A program made the translations under genes and the position numbers. The notes below the pieces were generated by a model. It saw only the letters and a list, made by a program, of their open reading frames with translations, made no database searches and was not told the origin of the DNA. Shown piece after piece: positions 9,534 to 19,873 of a DNA stretch of 61,012 nt (the first letter of the stretch is position 1; each line of letters opens with the position of its first letter). The DNA is from Candidatus Omnitrophota bacterium. GTDB taxonomy: Bacteria; Omnitrophota; Omnitrophia; Omnitrophales; JACROU01. Where the stretch lies: the NCBI GenBank assembly GCA_016214265.1, contig JACROU010000078.1:1-61012 (forward strand). The letters run 5' to 3'.

Positions 9534-12500
9534 ATGAGTGTTGAAAAAACAGCTAAAACTCAAATGAGCTGGAAACAACGAATGGTGTCGATGTGGTTGG
9601 CGCCTGTCGCCATTCTTGTAATTTCTTTAACGTTCACCTTGTTGATCTGGAAAGCCACCGAATATGTTATTTACATGAAGGAATGGAATCGATTCGAGAT
9701 GGGGGTTATGGAAATTAAACATTTGATTGAAGACCGCGTTCATCTCTTAGATGACGCATTACCCGGCCTTAATGGATTGTTTGCCGCGAGCATAGCGGTT
9801 GACAGAAATGAGTGGGACGCTTATCTGGCCAAGGTCATGGTTCACAGAGAGTATCCTGGAATCAAGGCTTACCGGTTTATTGAACGGGTCAAGGCCCAGG
9901 ATCTATCCAGTTTTATTGAAGGAGTTAAAAATGACAGAAGCGTACTTGCTTCCGGTTATCCTGATTTTGAAATTTTTCCTGAGGGTAAGCGCGATGAGTA
10001 TTTTGTTGTGAAATATATTGTCCCTTATGCCGGAAATGAGCATTTGATGGGGTTTGATTTGGGCGGGGATTCTCTTCGCAGAAAAGTTCTTGAGACGGCG
10101 CGGGATACCGGAAGAATAGTCACCTCTGGCCAGTTATTTATTCCGGATAAACATCATCAAGCCGGTAAATCCGGATTTTTAATGGCAATGCCGGTTTATC
10201 GAAATGGCGCTCCGGTAAAAACGGTTTCAGAACGCCGGGAGGCCTTGACCGGATTTGTGGATATTTTGATTGAGGATGAGCAATTGTTTGTGAATATTTC
10301 TTCCAACATGGGAGAAGATTTTATTGAAAAGCGTGTTGCTTTGAAAATTCTGGATGAGGGTGAGCTCGGAACTCGTACGGAGGATAATACTTTGCTTTAC
10401 GCCAGTGACCAGGGAGTTTATTTTGGCGATTCAAGTTATCACCCCGTTTTTTTGAAAGAAGTCCATCTTAATATTCCGGGCAGATCTTGGAAATTAATTG
10501 TTATAACCCAACCGATGTTTTTTACGGATGTTGATGATAATCTCGACAAGTATTTAAGGGGCGGCGTTATTTTCGGCGGGATGGGCTTAAGTATAGCCAT
10601 TTTTTTCATTTCTCTTCTTCTCGGTACGGCAAGGTCTAGAGCGGTGTCGCTTGCCGAAAAAATGACCGCGGAGCTTAGAGAATCGAAACTCTTTCTGAAA
10701 TCCACGCTGGATTCTCTTTCCGCCCACATTGCCATTCTCGACAACAAAGGAACGATTGTTGCTGTGAACAAAGCCTGGCGCCAGTTTGCGGATGAAAATC
10801 ATTTTACGCTGCCGGATTATGGGGTGGGAACAAATTATTTTGACGTTTGCGATAAAACCGGGAAAAACAAATCTGAAAAGATCTCCGAGGTGGTCAAGGG
10901 CATTCGCATGGTTTTGATGCATCACAACTACGTTTTCACTCAGGAATATACGTGCCATTCCCCCGGGCAAAAACGGTGGTTTGTGATGCACGTGACCCGC
11001 TTTGAGCAAGGCGGGGTGCATGACGGAGGATACATTACCGTGGCGCATGAGGATATTACTCAGCAAAAATTGGCCGAGGAGACGAAAATTCGTCTGGCAA
11101 ATATTGTGGAAAGTTCTGACGATGCTATTTACGCGATGGGGTTGGATGGCGTTGTTGTTTCCTGGAATAAGGGTGCAGAGCAAATGTACGGTTACACCGC
11201 TGAAGAAATGATAGGCAGTTCCATCACGAAGCTTCAGCCGCCGGACCGGCAAAGCGAGATACCGCAGCTTATGGAACGGATCAAAAAGGCGAAAAGCATT
11301 AAGCATCATGAGACCGTGAGAATCAGAAAAGACGGAAAGCCGATTTTCGAAATTCTGGTTCTTTCACCGTTATTGAATGAATCCGGGGAAATTGTTGGGG
11401 CATCGGGGATTGCACGGGACGTTACGGAACGTCACAACATGGAGGAGGTAATTAAAGAAAATCAAGCAAGATTGAAATTATTTCTTGATTCTGCCGTCGA
11501 GGCGATTTTTGGTTTGGATTTGAATGGTGATATTGTCTCGGTTAATCCCGCATGTCTTCGGCTGCTAAAATATCAGGATCCGGTTGAGTTGCTTGGCAAA
11601 AATAGCCACAAACTATTTCATTATAGCCATTCGGACGGCAGTTCGTATCCCCAGGGAGAGTGCGGCATTTACCGGGCTTTTGTAGAAGGAAAAGCGACTC
11701 ATTCGGATGAAGATTTCTTTTGGCGCTCGGATGGGACATGTTTTCCTATCGAATATTGGTCCTATCCCATTTTTCATTCCGGCAAGATTGCGGGCTGTGT
11801 GGTTTCGTTTTTTGATATTACCGTGCGCAAACGGGCTCAAAAAAGAATTTCCATAGAATATCAAATCACGAAAGTTCTGGCTGAATCGGATGCATTGAAA
11901 GAGGCATCCCCGAAAATTCTTAAAATGCTTACCGAATGTTTTGGATGGAAAGCGGGCGCAATTTGGCTCATTAGCACGAAAGCGAACGTTCTGGAATTTA
12001 TTGATGGTTGGTATGAGCCTTCTTTCAGGGGGGCTGAATTTAAAGCGGTGAGTCGTTCCAGAACTTTTGAAAAAGGTATCGGACTTCCGGGGCGGGTTTG
12101 GGCCAGCGGCCAGCCTGCATGGATTGAGGATGTTACCCGGGATAAAAATTTCCCCAGGGCGTTACCTGCCGCAAAGGCGGGACTGCGCGGAGCTTTCGGT
12201 TTTCCTATCTATTCGGGAAATGAAATTCTTGGTGTTATGGAATTTTTCAACGATCGTATCGAAGAGCCTGATGAAGAATTTACCATTATTATGTCCTCAA
12301 TTGCGGGTCAGATGGGGCAGTTTGTGATCAGAGAGAAATATAAGAATGAATTATGTGAAGCACGCGACGTTGCCTTGGAGGCTTCGCGAGCCAAGTCGGA
12401 TTTTTTGGCGACGATGAGTCATGAAATCCGGACTCCGATGAATGCCATTATCGGGATGGCCGAGCTTCTGGATGAGACCTCGCTTAGTACCGAGCAAAAA

Positions 12501-13976
12501 GAATTCGTCCGGATTTTTAGAAGGGCGGGCGACACTCTTTTGAATCTTATCAATGACATTCTGGATTTATCGAAGGTGGAGTCGGGGAATCTTGAATTGG
12601 AAGACATTGAATTTGATTTGAACGAAACTATCGAAAAAATTATGGAAATTATGGCGATTCGCGCCCATCAAAAAGGTTTGGAACTTTCGTATCATATTAT
12701 GCCCGATGTGATGACGTATTTGATGGGGGATCCCAACCGGCTTCGTCAAATTCTGACTAATCTGATTGGAAACGCCATCAAATTTACGGAAAAGGGTGAG
12801 ATTGTGGTCGAGGTAAAACGGCTTAATGGAGAATCTGTTTTTGAAGGATCTTCTATCGGTAAATATGGTTTGCTCTTTTCGGTGAAGGATACAGGCATTG
12901 GGGTTGGTGGAAATAAATTATCATCCATTTTCGAGCCTTTTGTTCAGGCCGATTCGAGTACGACCCGGAAATACGGGGGCAGCGGATTGGGGCTTGCCAT
13001 TACAAAACGGTTGGTGGAATTGATGGGTGGAAAAATTTGGGTGGAAAGCAAGGAGTCCGAGGGTAGTGTCTTTTATTTTACGATTCAATTGGGCACTCTC
13101 AAAGAAGCTCAAATACGTCCATTTTCTCAATCACAGCACAATTTTACCGGACTGCGTGTTCTGATTATCGATGATAATGCCACTAACCGGCTTATTCTAA
13201 GAGAGACTCTGACTGCTTACGGCATGTCCGTGGTGGATGTGGCCAGTGCGGATAAGGGAATTGAAGAATTAAAAAATGCCAGAGTTTCTGGGAAGCCGTA
13301 TCAGCTTCTTCTTCTTGATTGCCGTATGCCGGGGAAGGATGGTTTTCAAGCGGCTGAAGAAATAAAAAAAGATTCCAATATCGAGGGAGTTATTATCATG
13401 ATGCTGACTTCCGAGGGCCGGTACGGGGATATTGCCCGTGCCCGCAAACTGGGACTTTCGGGTTATGTCGTAAAACCCATTAAGAGGCAGGATTTGTTGA
13501 ATACGATTTCACTTGTTTTGAGTCACGGTGAAATAAAGGAAAAAGAGGCTTCTGTCCAAAAACAAGTTTTGCCGCACGGCGTATTATGGAAAATTCTTTT
13601 GGTGGAAGATTCTCTGGATAATCAACTGCTGATGAAGGCGTATTTTAAAAATCTTCCTTATCAACTGGATATTGTTGAAAACGGGGAAGAGGCCGTCAAC
13701 AAGTTTAAAAACAATTCTTATGATCTGGTGTTGATGGATGTTCAAATGCCGGTGATGGATGGACTGACAGCAACGCAGTTGATTCGTGGATGGGAGCGGG
13801 AAAATAAAACGAAACTGACGCCCATTGTGGCGCTTACGGCGCACGCGTTCAAAGAAGATGTTCAGAGATGTCTGGATGCGGGGTGCGATGAGTGTCTTAC
13901 CAAACCCGTTAAGAAAGCAAAACTTTTTGATATGATCACGGCAATAACAAGCAAAATTAATAAGGCCGCGGCATAA
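9534..13976 (+). CDS. hybrid sensor histidine kinase (CHASE-PAS x3-GAF-HisKA-HATPase-2xREC)
   Basis: CHASE (MGFDLGGDSLRR), PAS domains, GAF (GLPGRVW), H-box MSHEIRTPMN, TRKYGGSGLGL, receivers DCRMP and DVQMP. Confidence 0.93.
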   Translation: MSVEKTAKTQMSWKQRMVSMWLAPVAILVISLTFTLLIWKATEYVIYMKEWNRFEMGVMEIKHLIEDRVHLLDDALPGLNGLFAASIAVDRNEWDAYLAKVMVHREYPGIKAYRFIERVKAQDLSSFIEGVKNDRSVLASGYPDFEIFPEGKRDEYFVVKYIVPYAGNEHLMGFDLGGDSLRRKVLETARDTGRIVTSGQLFIPDKHHQAGKSGFLMAMPVYRNGAPVKTVSERREALTGFVDILIEDEQLFVNISSNMGEDFIEKRVALKILDEGELGTRTEDNTLLYASDQGVYFGDSSYHPVFLKEVHLNIPGRSWKLIVITQPMFFTDVDDNLDKYLRGGVIFGGMGLSIAIFFISLLLGTARSRAVSLAEKMTAELRESKLFLKSTLDSLSAHIAILDNKGTIVAVNKAWRQFADENHFTLPDYGVGTNYFDVCDKTGKNKSEKISEVVKGIRMVLMHHNYVFTQEYTCHSPGQKRWFVMHVTRFEQGGVHDGGYITVAHEDITQQKLAEETKIRLANIVESSDDAIYAMGLDGVVVSWNKGAEQMYGYTAEEMIGSSITKLQPPDRQSEIPQLMERIKKAKSIKHHETVRIRKDGKPIFEILVLSPLLNESGEIVGASGIARDVTERHNMEEVIKENQARLKLFLDSAVEAIFGLDLNGDIVSVNPACLRLLKYQDPVELLGKNSHKLFHYSHSDGSSYPQGECGIYRAFVEGKATHSDEDFFWRSDGTCFPIEYWSYPIFHSGKIAGCVVSFFDITVRKRAQKRISIEYQITKVLAESDALKEASPKILKMLTECFGWKAGAIWLISTKANVLEFIDGWYEPSFRGAEFKAVSRSRTFEKGIGLPGRVWASGQPAWIEDVTRDKNFPRALPAAKAGLRGAFGFPIYSGNEILGVMEFFNDRIEEPDEEFTIIMSSIAGQMGQFVIREKYKNELCEARDVALEASRAKSDFLATMSHEIRTPMNAIIGMAELLDETSLSTEQKEFVRIFRRAGDTLLNLINDILDLSKVESGNLELEDIEFDLNETIEKIMEIMAIRAHQKGLELSYHIMPDVMTYLMGDPNRLRQILTNLIGNAIKFTEKGEIVVEVKRLNGESVFEGSSIGKYGLLFSVKDTGIGVGGNKLSSIFEPFVQADSSTTRKYGGSGLGLAITKRLVELMGGKIWVESKESEGSVFYFTIQLGTLKEAQIRPFSQSQHNFTGLRVLIIDDNATNRLILRETLTAYGMSVVDVASADKGIEELKNARVSGKPYQLLLLDCRMPGKDGFQAAEEIKKDSNIEGVIIMMLTSEGRYGDIARARKLGLSGYVVKPIKRQDLLNTISLVLSHGEIKEKEASVQKQVLPHGVLWKILLVEDSLDNQLLMKAYFKNLPYQLDIVENGEEAVNKFKNNSYDLVLMDVQMPVMDGLTATQLIRGWERENKTKLTPIVALTAHAFKEDVQRCLDAGCDECLTKPVKKAKLFDMITAITSKINKAAA

Positions 13977-14005
13977 TCCATCAATTGTTCTTGTGGGTGA
14001 CTTCC

Positions 14006-15235
14006 ATGGACGAATCCAATCAAAAGTCGAATCGTATGGTGTTTGGCTCCGGCATTGCCCGCGGCGAAAGTTACCGGGCTTTGGTCGAGGAAGTGACGGA
14101 TCAGGTGCTTAAAGAGTTGAACGGCGAGCCGGTTGATCTGGCTTTTTTGTTTGTTACGCCGCATTTTCCCGGCCATTACGCGCGCATTCAGGAGGCGGTT
14201 CAGAAAAAAATGAAAGCGCACGTGATTTTGGGATGCACGGCCGTGAGCGTGATTGGCCACGATCGCGAAATCGAATGGGAGCCGGCAATGTCTCTTTTCG
14301 CCGCACATCTTGCCGGTGTCCATAAAGTTCCATTCTGGCTGAAACAATCCGGGCTTGAGGAGTTATCGGATATTGAAAAATGCCGCAGTTATTTTGGCGT
14401 TTCGCCCGCTGATTCGCCTGTCTTTTTCATTCTGCCCGATCCTTTTTCATTCGATATCAACATGTTTATGGAACGCATTCACGCAGCTTATCCGGGCTCG
14501 CCGGTGATGGGCGGCATGGCGAGCGGGTCCGGCGAGCCGGGAGGGAATACGCTTTTTTGGACCGAGGGAGTTTGTGATTCCGGCGCGGTTGGTGTGGTGC
14601 TGACCGGAAATGTTCATGTCAGTCCGTTGGTGTCTCAGGGGTGCCGGCCGTTTGGTGAACCGGTGGTGATTACTGGGGCGCAGGAGAATATTATTTTGTC
14701 GCTGGCGGGTAAACCGGCGCTGGAGTATTTGGAAGAAACGTATCGGAAGGCCTCGGCCAAAGATCAGGTGTTGGCGCGCAATGCCTTGTTTATCGGAGCG
14801 CTGGCGGATGAATACAAACAATATCCGAAGCGCGGCGATTTTGTGATTCGCAACGTGGTCGGGCTGGACCGAGATTCCGGCGCGCTTGCGATTTCCGATT
14901 ATGTGCATTTGGGCGACACGGTTCAGTTTCACGTTCGGGACGCCGAAACAGCGCATGAGGATTTGGAGTCGCTTTGCGAACATCAGAAAGTCCACGGCGA
15001 TTTTCCGAATATCGCTCCGGATCCGAAAGCGGCGCTGATTTTCAGCTGCAATGGCCGCGGTTCCAACATGTTCAAAACGAAAAATCACGATATTGGAACG
15101 CTTCAGGAACATCTTGGGAAATTTCCAACAGCCGGATTTTTCTGCGCCGGAGAGCTGGGGCCGATCGGGAAGAAAAATTTTATGCACAGTTTTACCGCCA
15201 GCATCGCTCTTTTCTACGAAAAAAAACCGCAGTAA
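14006..15235 (+). CDS. FIST N/C signal transduction protein
   Basis: ILGCTA, GGMASG, VSQGCRPFG, FSCNGRG and GFFCAGELGP motifs; start could also be TTG 13985 or ATG 14036. Confidence 0.88.
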   Translation: MDESNQKSNRMVFGSGIARGESYRALVEEVTDQVLKELNGEPVDLAFLFVTPHFPGHYARIQEAVQKKMKAHVILGCTAVSVIGHDREIEWEPAMSLFAAHLAGVHKVPFWLKQSGLEELSDIEKCRSYFGVSPADSPVFFILPDPFSFDINMFMERIHAAYPGSPVMGGMASGSGEPGGNTLFWTEGVCDSGAVGVVLTGNVHVSPLVSQGCRPFGEPVVITGAQENIILSLAGKPALEYLEETYRKASAKDQVLARNALFIGALADEYKQYPKRGDFVIRNVVGLDRDSGALAISDYVHLGDTVQFHVRDAETAHEDLESLCEHQKVHGDFPNIAPDPKAALIFSCNGRGSNMFKTKNHDIGTLQEHLGKFPTAGFFCAGELGPIGKKNFMHSFTASIALFYEKKPQ

Positions 15236-15252
15236 TTAACGGAGGTGTCAGC

Positions 15253-15837
15253 ATGAAACGTTTGATGGTTGCTTTGACGATGATTTCGGTTGGTTTGTTG
15301 GCGAACACGGTTTGGGCCGACACATTTAAAGTCGATCCGGATCATTCCACGGTGGGTTTTAAAATCCGCCACTTACTTGGAAATGTCAACGGTACGTTCG
15401 ATCAATTCGAAGGCACCATCGACTATGATCCCGCCCAGCCTGAATTGTCCAAAACTAGCGGCACGATTCAAACGGCAAGTATTAACACCCGGGTGTCAAA
15501 ACGGGATGATCATCTTCGCGGAGGAGATTTTTTTGATGTCGAAAAATTCCCGCAGATTGCGTTTACAAGCACGAAAGTGCTGGAATCAACTCCCGAAGGT
15601 GGAAAGTTGGAAGGCGTGCTCATGATTCACGGAGTCGAGAAGCCCGTGGTGCTGAATGTCGAAATTCACGGTATCGCCAACGATCCGTGGGGGCACACCC
15701 GCGCGGCGTTTACCGCCACCACGAAAATCAATCGGCAGGACTTTGGCCTGACATGGAACAAAGCCGTCGAGGCCGGTAAATTTCTGGTGGGTGATGAGGT
15801 CACGATCACCATCGAAGCCGAGGCGATCAAGCAGTAA
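15253..15837 (+). CDS. YceI family polyisoprenoid-binding protein
   Basis: RBS GGAGGT then ATG 15253; signal peptide; DPDHSTVGFKIRH, RDDHLR, DPWG, RQDFGL. Confidence 0.92.
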   Translation: MKRLMVALTMISVGLLANTVWADTFKVDPDHSTVGFKIRHLLGNVNGTFDQFEGTIDYDPAQPELSKTSGTIQTASINTRVSKRDDHLRGGDFFDVEKFPQIAFTSTKVLESTPEGGKLEGVLMIHGVEKPVVLNVEIHGIANDPWGHTRAAFTATTKINRQDFGLTWNKAVEAGKFLVGDEVTITIEAEAIKQ

Positions 15838-15838
15838 A

Positions 15839-15862
15839 AGGTTCCTGGAACCTAAGTGCCAC
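15839..15862. repeat. REP-like palindrome, left member of an inverted pair flanking the flippase
   Basis: AGGTTCCTGGAACCTAAGTGCCAC; its reverse complement matches 17462-17485 at 23/24 nt. Confidence 0.75.
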
Positions 15863-15869
15863 CTTAAAT

Positions 15870-15901
15870 GACAAGCCTGTTGTTGACAGGCTTGTCGTTT
15901 T
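15870..15901 (+). terminator. probable terminator hairpin
   Basis: GACAAGCCTGT/ACAGGCTTGTC stem followed by GTTTT. Confidence 0.6.
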
Positions 15902-15919
15902 CATCTAGGCTCCCAACTT

Positions 15920-17452
15920 ATGAGTTCTAAAAAAGAAATTATCAAAGACGTCGGTCTTTATGCCTTCGCGACTTATCTGACTCAGGCCATCGATATTGTC
16001 ATTTCCGTGGTCATGAAGCGCCTCCTTGGCCCCACGTTCAGCGGGGTGTGGGCCAGCTTGCAGGTTATCCTCATTTACGCCAAACATATCAATCTGGGCA
16101 CTACGGATGCCTCCTATCGCGAAATTCCTTATCTGATGGGCAAGGGCGAGGTAAAGCAGGCGGAGATGATTAAGAATACCGTATTCTGGTTCGCGTTTAT
16201 CAACGCCGTAATTCTTTCGGTCGGAATTATTGGTTATGCGCTGATTTTTCGTTCAAAACTCTCGGCCCCGGTTTTTTGGGGACTTATTACTATCGCCATT
16301 CTTGTTGTGCTTCAGCGTGTTTATAATTTTTTCGTGGTGCTTCTGCGCGCCTTCAAAAATTTCACTCTGGCCAGTAAAGTCATGGTGTTCTCGAGCGCGG
16401 CGGGCGCGCTCCCGCTTCTTTTTTTCACCTGGAAATTCAAAATTTACGGATACTTTGCCGCTACTCTGCTGATTTTTTCGATGAATATTATTTTTATTCA
16501 GCTCAATCAGCATTACCGATTTCCCTGGACGCTATCGTGGGAGCGCCTGAAACCGCTGATTATTTTCGGTTTCAGCATCATGGTGCTGGGAATGGTGGAC
16601 AGCGTGTTTCGCAGTATCGACCGCATTGTCATTCCCAAGTTTATGGGTTTCGAACAGATGGGATTTTATTCGCTGGCGATTATGGCTACGAATTATCTGA
16701 CCAGTTTTCCGAATATGCTGAACGTGGTTTTGTTCCCGCATTTTCAGGAAAAATTTTCGAAGCGGGATAAACCTGAGGATTTGAAAAATTTTGTGATGCA
16801 TAGCACGATTGCGCTCGGATACTTGTTCCCGTTTTTGCTCGGCGCCTGCTGGATTTTTGCGGAACTTCTTGTTGCCTGGATTCTGCCTCAATTCCGTCCC
16901 GGAATATTTCCACTCAAAATTCTGGCCGTCGGTGTTTTCTTTATTTGCCTCAATCAGCAATTCTCGATTTTGCTGATTACGATCAAAAAACACGTAATTA
17001 TGATTCCGATTATCGCAGTTCTGGCCGCACTTTCAGGATTCATGCAATACCTTGCGATTAAAAACGGATACGGTCTTCCGGGATGCGCAATTGTGATGTC
17101 TGTGAGTTATTTCATTTACTTCATGGTTTATTTCCGTCTTGCGTCGCGGCATGTGATGTCAAAAGGGGAGGCCTTTCAATTGCTGGCCCGCATTATGGGA
17201 ATTTTTATTTATTTCGTGGCGCTCTTGCTTGTCATCGACTTCGTGATTCCCGCGCCCAAATCGGTGCTGCTGCGCACCCTGATGCGCTACGCCATCTTCG
17301 CGACTGCCCTGATGCCGTTCATGTTTCACCTGAATAAAGAAACCCGGATGTGGTCTCATCTGAAAGAAATGTTTCTGGAGCGTATCCAGAAACGCAAAAA
17401 AGGGGAAGAACCGGATCTCCTCCCGCCGAACGGCCCGAACGGAATTTCGTAA
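15920..17452 (+). CDS. oligosaccharide flippase (Wzx/MOP superfamily)
   Basis: 510 aa, many TM helices, IDRIVIPKFMGFEQMGFYSLA pattern typical of polysaccharide exporters. Confidence 0.82.
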   Translation: MSSKKEIIKDVGLYAFATYLTQAIDIVISVVMKRLLGPTFSGVWASLQVILIYAKHINLGTTDASYREIPYLMGKGEVKQAEMIKNTVFWFAFINAVILSVGIIGYALIFRSKLSAPVFWGLITIAILVVLQRVYNFFVVLLRAFKNFTLASKVMVFSSAAGALPLLFFTWKFKIYGYFAATLLIFSMNIIFIQLNQHYRFPWTLSWERLKPLIIFGFSIMVLGMVDSVFRSIDRIVIPKFMGFEQMGFYSLAIMATNYLTSFPNMLNVVLFPHFQEKFSKRDKPEDLKNFVMHSTIALGYLFPFLLGACWIFAELLVAWILPQFRPGIFPLKILAVGVFFICLNQQFSILLITIKKHVIMIPIIAVLAALSGFMQYLAIKNGYGLPGCAIVMSVSYFIYFMVYFRLASRHVMSKGEAFQLLARIMGIFIYFVALLLVIDFVIPAPKSVLLRTLMRYAIFATALMPFMFHLNKETRMWSHLKEMFLERIQKRKKGEEPDLLPPNGPNGIS

Positions 17453-17461
17453 AGAACCAAC

Positions 17462-17485
17462 GTGGCACTAAGGTTCCAGGAACCT
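17462..17485. repeat. REP-like palindrome, right member of the inverted pair
   Basis: GTGGCACTAAGGTTCCAGGAACCT. Confidence 0.75.
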
Positions 17486-17587
17486 ATCCGGTATCCGGTA
17501 CCTTCTCTCATTTTGTCTTTTTCCCATTTTCAAACCCGCTTTTTTTGATATAATCCGCACTTTTCCCACATTGCTAGGAGTCAGTAA

Positions 17588-17947
17588 ATGCTTCTCGATT
17601 ATTTCTGGGTGTTTGTTTTCATGATCATCAGCCTGCTCTTTGCCGGCTTCGCCACCCTTATCCCCTATTTCATCGCGCCGAAAAGCCGTGGTCTTACCCG
17701 CGGAAGCACCTACGAAAGCGGCATGCCCACCATCGGTACGGCCTGGATTCAATTCAATGTCCTCTATTATTTATACGCCCTCGTTTTTCTGGTGTTTGAC
17801 GTTGAGGTTGTTTTTCTCTTTCCGCTCGCGCTTGCTTTTCGTAAAACCGAAGGTTTTCTTGTCCTTATCGAGATCGTGATTTTTATCGGCATCCTGTCCC
17901 TCGCACTGGTTTATGCCATTCGCAAAGGGGTATTCAAATGGAAATGA
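17588..17947 (+). CDS. nuoA: NADH-quinone oxidoreductase subunit A
   Basis: [31 protein letters not shown]. Confidence 0.95.
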   Translation: MLLDYFWVFVFMIISLLFAGFATLIPYFIAPKSRGLTRGSTYESGMPTIGTAWIQFNVLYYLYALVFLVFDVEVVFLFPLALAFRKTEGFLVLIEIVIFIGILSLALVYAIRKGVFKWK

Positions 17948-18420
17948 ACGTGAACCCTCAGCAGGCGGCGGCACATCAGAAAGACGGTTTGATGGGTGTG
18001 GTGTTCGCGTCGCTGGAAAAACTGTTGAATATCGGCCGCGCCAATTCGCTGTGGCCGCTCACGTTTGGACTGCATTGCTGCGCTATCGAGATGATGGCCG
18101 CGAGCGCGTCGCGTTTCGACCTGGATCGTTTCGGCGCCGGCGTGTTCCGTGGATCTCCCCGCCAGGCCGATTTGATGATTGTGGCCGGAACGGTATCTCG
18201 CAAAATGGCGCCCCGTATCAAAATGCTTTACGATCAAATGCCCGCTCCGAAATATGTGATTGCGATGGGTGGCTGTGCGATGTGGGGAGGCCCTTATCAA
18301 TATGATGGGCAGTACGCGATTATTGAAGGCGTTGACCGGATCGTTCCGGCGGACGTTCACGTGCCGGGCTGTCCGCCCCGGCCGGAAGGATTAATCGAAG
18401 GATTACTTTCGTCCGCCTGA
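17938..18420 (+). CDS. nuoB: NADH-quinone oxidoreductase subunit B (C-terminus apparently truncated)
   Basis: [30 protein letters not shown]; ends abruptly GLLSSA*. Confidence 0.9.
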   Translation: MEMNVNPQQAAAHQKDGLMGVVFASLEKLLNIGRANSLWPLTFGLHCCAIEMMAASASRFDLDRFGAGVFRGSPRQADLMIVAGTVSRKMAPRIKMLYDQMPAPKYVIAMGGCAMWGGPYQYDGQYAIIEGVDRIVPADVHVPGCPPRPEGLIEGLLSSA

Positions 18421-19781
18421 AGCAGCCGTGGAACGAATACCGTGTCCCTTCGATTACGGGTGTTTATGCCGGCGCAAATTGGTACGAGCGCGAGGCGTTT
18501 GATATGTACGGTATGAAGATCGATAATCATCCGAAACTTGATCGTCTGCTTTTGCCCGAGTATTCCAATTTTCATCCGCTTCGCAAAGGGTTCAAGTTCG
18601 AAGGTGATTCCGTGGACGACATGAACCGCACTTGGGAGATTGAGCGCGAGGCGGATCAGAAAGTCAGTTCGACAGTTTTGGAGCATCATCGCCGCGATTA
18701 TTTCGTGAACATGGGCCCTCAGCATCCCAGTACTCACGGTGTGCTGCGCCTTTTGCTTCACATGGATGGCGAGACGATTTTGGAAATTGATCCGGTGATT
18801 GGTTACGCACACCGGGCGGACGAGAAAATGGGTGAGAATGGAAATTACATGCAGTTTTATCCGTATCCGAGCCGTGTCGATTATTTGGCCGGAATGATTT
18901 ATAACTGGGGCTATGTCGGCACCGTCGAGCGCGCGATCGGCATCGAGATTACCGAACGGGCCCAATACATCCGCGTGATTGTTTCCGAGCTTCAGCGTCT
19001 TGCCAGCCACCTGATGTGGTATGGCGCTTTCCTGATGGATGTTGGCAGTTTCACGCCGTTTCTTTACTGCTTTCAGGACCGGGAAGAAATTCTGGATATG
19101 TTCGAAATGTGTGACGGGAGTCGACTGACCTACAACTATTTTCGTTTCGGCGGCCAGGAGCGCGATTTATCGCCCGAAATGCTCGACCGCGCGCGCAAAT
19201 TTATTCCGATGATGAAATCCCACCTGAAAGATTATGAAAAGCTGGTTCAGAAAAATATTATTTTTCGGAAACGTACCGAAGGGGTTGGTGTGATTACGAA
19301 GGATATGGCTATTCAATATGGTGTGACGGGGGCCTCTCTGCGGGCCAGCGGATTTGCCTACGATGTTCGCAAAAGCGAGCCCTACGGCATTTACAATCAA
19401 TTTGAGTGGGACGTGCCGACGGCAACCACCGGGGATGCTTACGGGCGGTTCGCGGTTCGTGTGCAGGAAATGTGGCAGTCGCTTCGAATTCTGGAACAGG
19501 CGCTGACACGTATTCCGGAAGGGCCGTACAACAATCCCGCCGCGCCGAAACGGTTCAAACCGAATCCGGGTGAATTTTATTTTTGCGTGGAGTCGCCGCG
19601 CGGCGAGATGGGAATTTATTTGATTTCGGACGGAACCGAAAATCCGTACCGGATTAAAATGCGCACACCGTGCTATTCCAATTTGCAGGTGATTAAAGAT
19701 GTCGGGCGCAAGAATTTTCTGGCGGACGTCGTGTGTATTTTGGGAAGTTTGGATATCGTGGTTCCGGACGTGGACCGGTAG
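18408..19781 (+). CDS. nuoCD: fused NADH-quinone oxidoreductase subunit C/D, N-terminal part of C missing
   Basis: The frame upstream of ATG 18504 already reads [35 protein letters not shown] (NuoC), then [14 protein letters not shown] ... ESPRGE ... DVDR (NuoD); no proper start codon. Confidence 0.85.
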   Translation, partial: FVRLKQPWNEYRVPSITGVYAGANWYEREAFDMYGMKIDNHPKLDRLLLPEYSNFHPLRKGFKFEGDSVDDMNRTWEIEREADQKVSSTVLEHHRRDYFVNMGPQHPSTHGVLRLLLHMDGETILEIDPVIGYAHRADEKMGENGNYMQFYPYPSRVDYLAGMIYNWGYVGTVERAIGIEITERAQYIRVIVSELQRLASHLMWYGAFLMDVGSFTPFLYCFQDREEILDMFEMCDGSRLTYNYFRFGGQERDLSPEMLDRARKFIPMMKSHLKDYEKLVQKNIIFRKRTEGVGVITKDMAIQYGVTGASLRASGFAYDVRKSEPYGIYNQFEWDVPTATTGDAYGRFAVRVQEMWQSLRILEQALTRIPEGPYNNPAAPKRFKPNPGEFYFCVESPRGEMGIYLISDGTENPYRIKMRTPCYSNLQVIKDVGRKNFLADVVCILGSLDIVVPDVDR

Positions 19782-19863
19782 GATCGTGAGCCGTGGACCG
19801 GGTACCGTGAACCGGAAAAGAAACCGCTTTTTTTCGGATCACGGATCACGGATCACGGTCCAC
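19782..19863. repeat. 7-mer tandem-repeat hairpin (NNCCGTG / CACGGNN)
   Basis: GATCGTG AGCCGTG GACCGGG TACCGTG AACCGG ... CGGAT CACGGAT CACGGAT CACGGTC CAC between nuoD and nuoH. Confidence 0.8.
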
Positions 19864-19873
19864 TAAAACAATT

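Noticed and set aside
514-15235. Genomic island integrated at tRNA-Pro
   Set aside because: No integrase, and I found no duplicated tRNA 3' end in the window.
17938-19781. Group 4 [NiFe] hydrogenase
   Set aside because: The large subunit has no CxxC Ni-binding motifs and ends in the NuoD-type DVDR.
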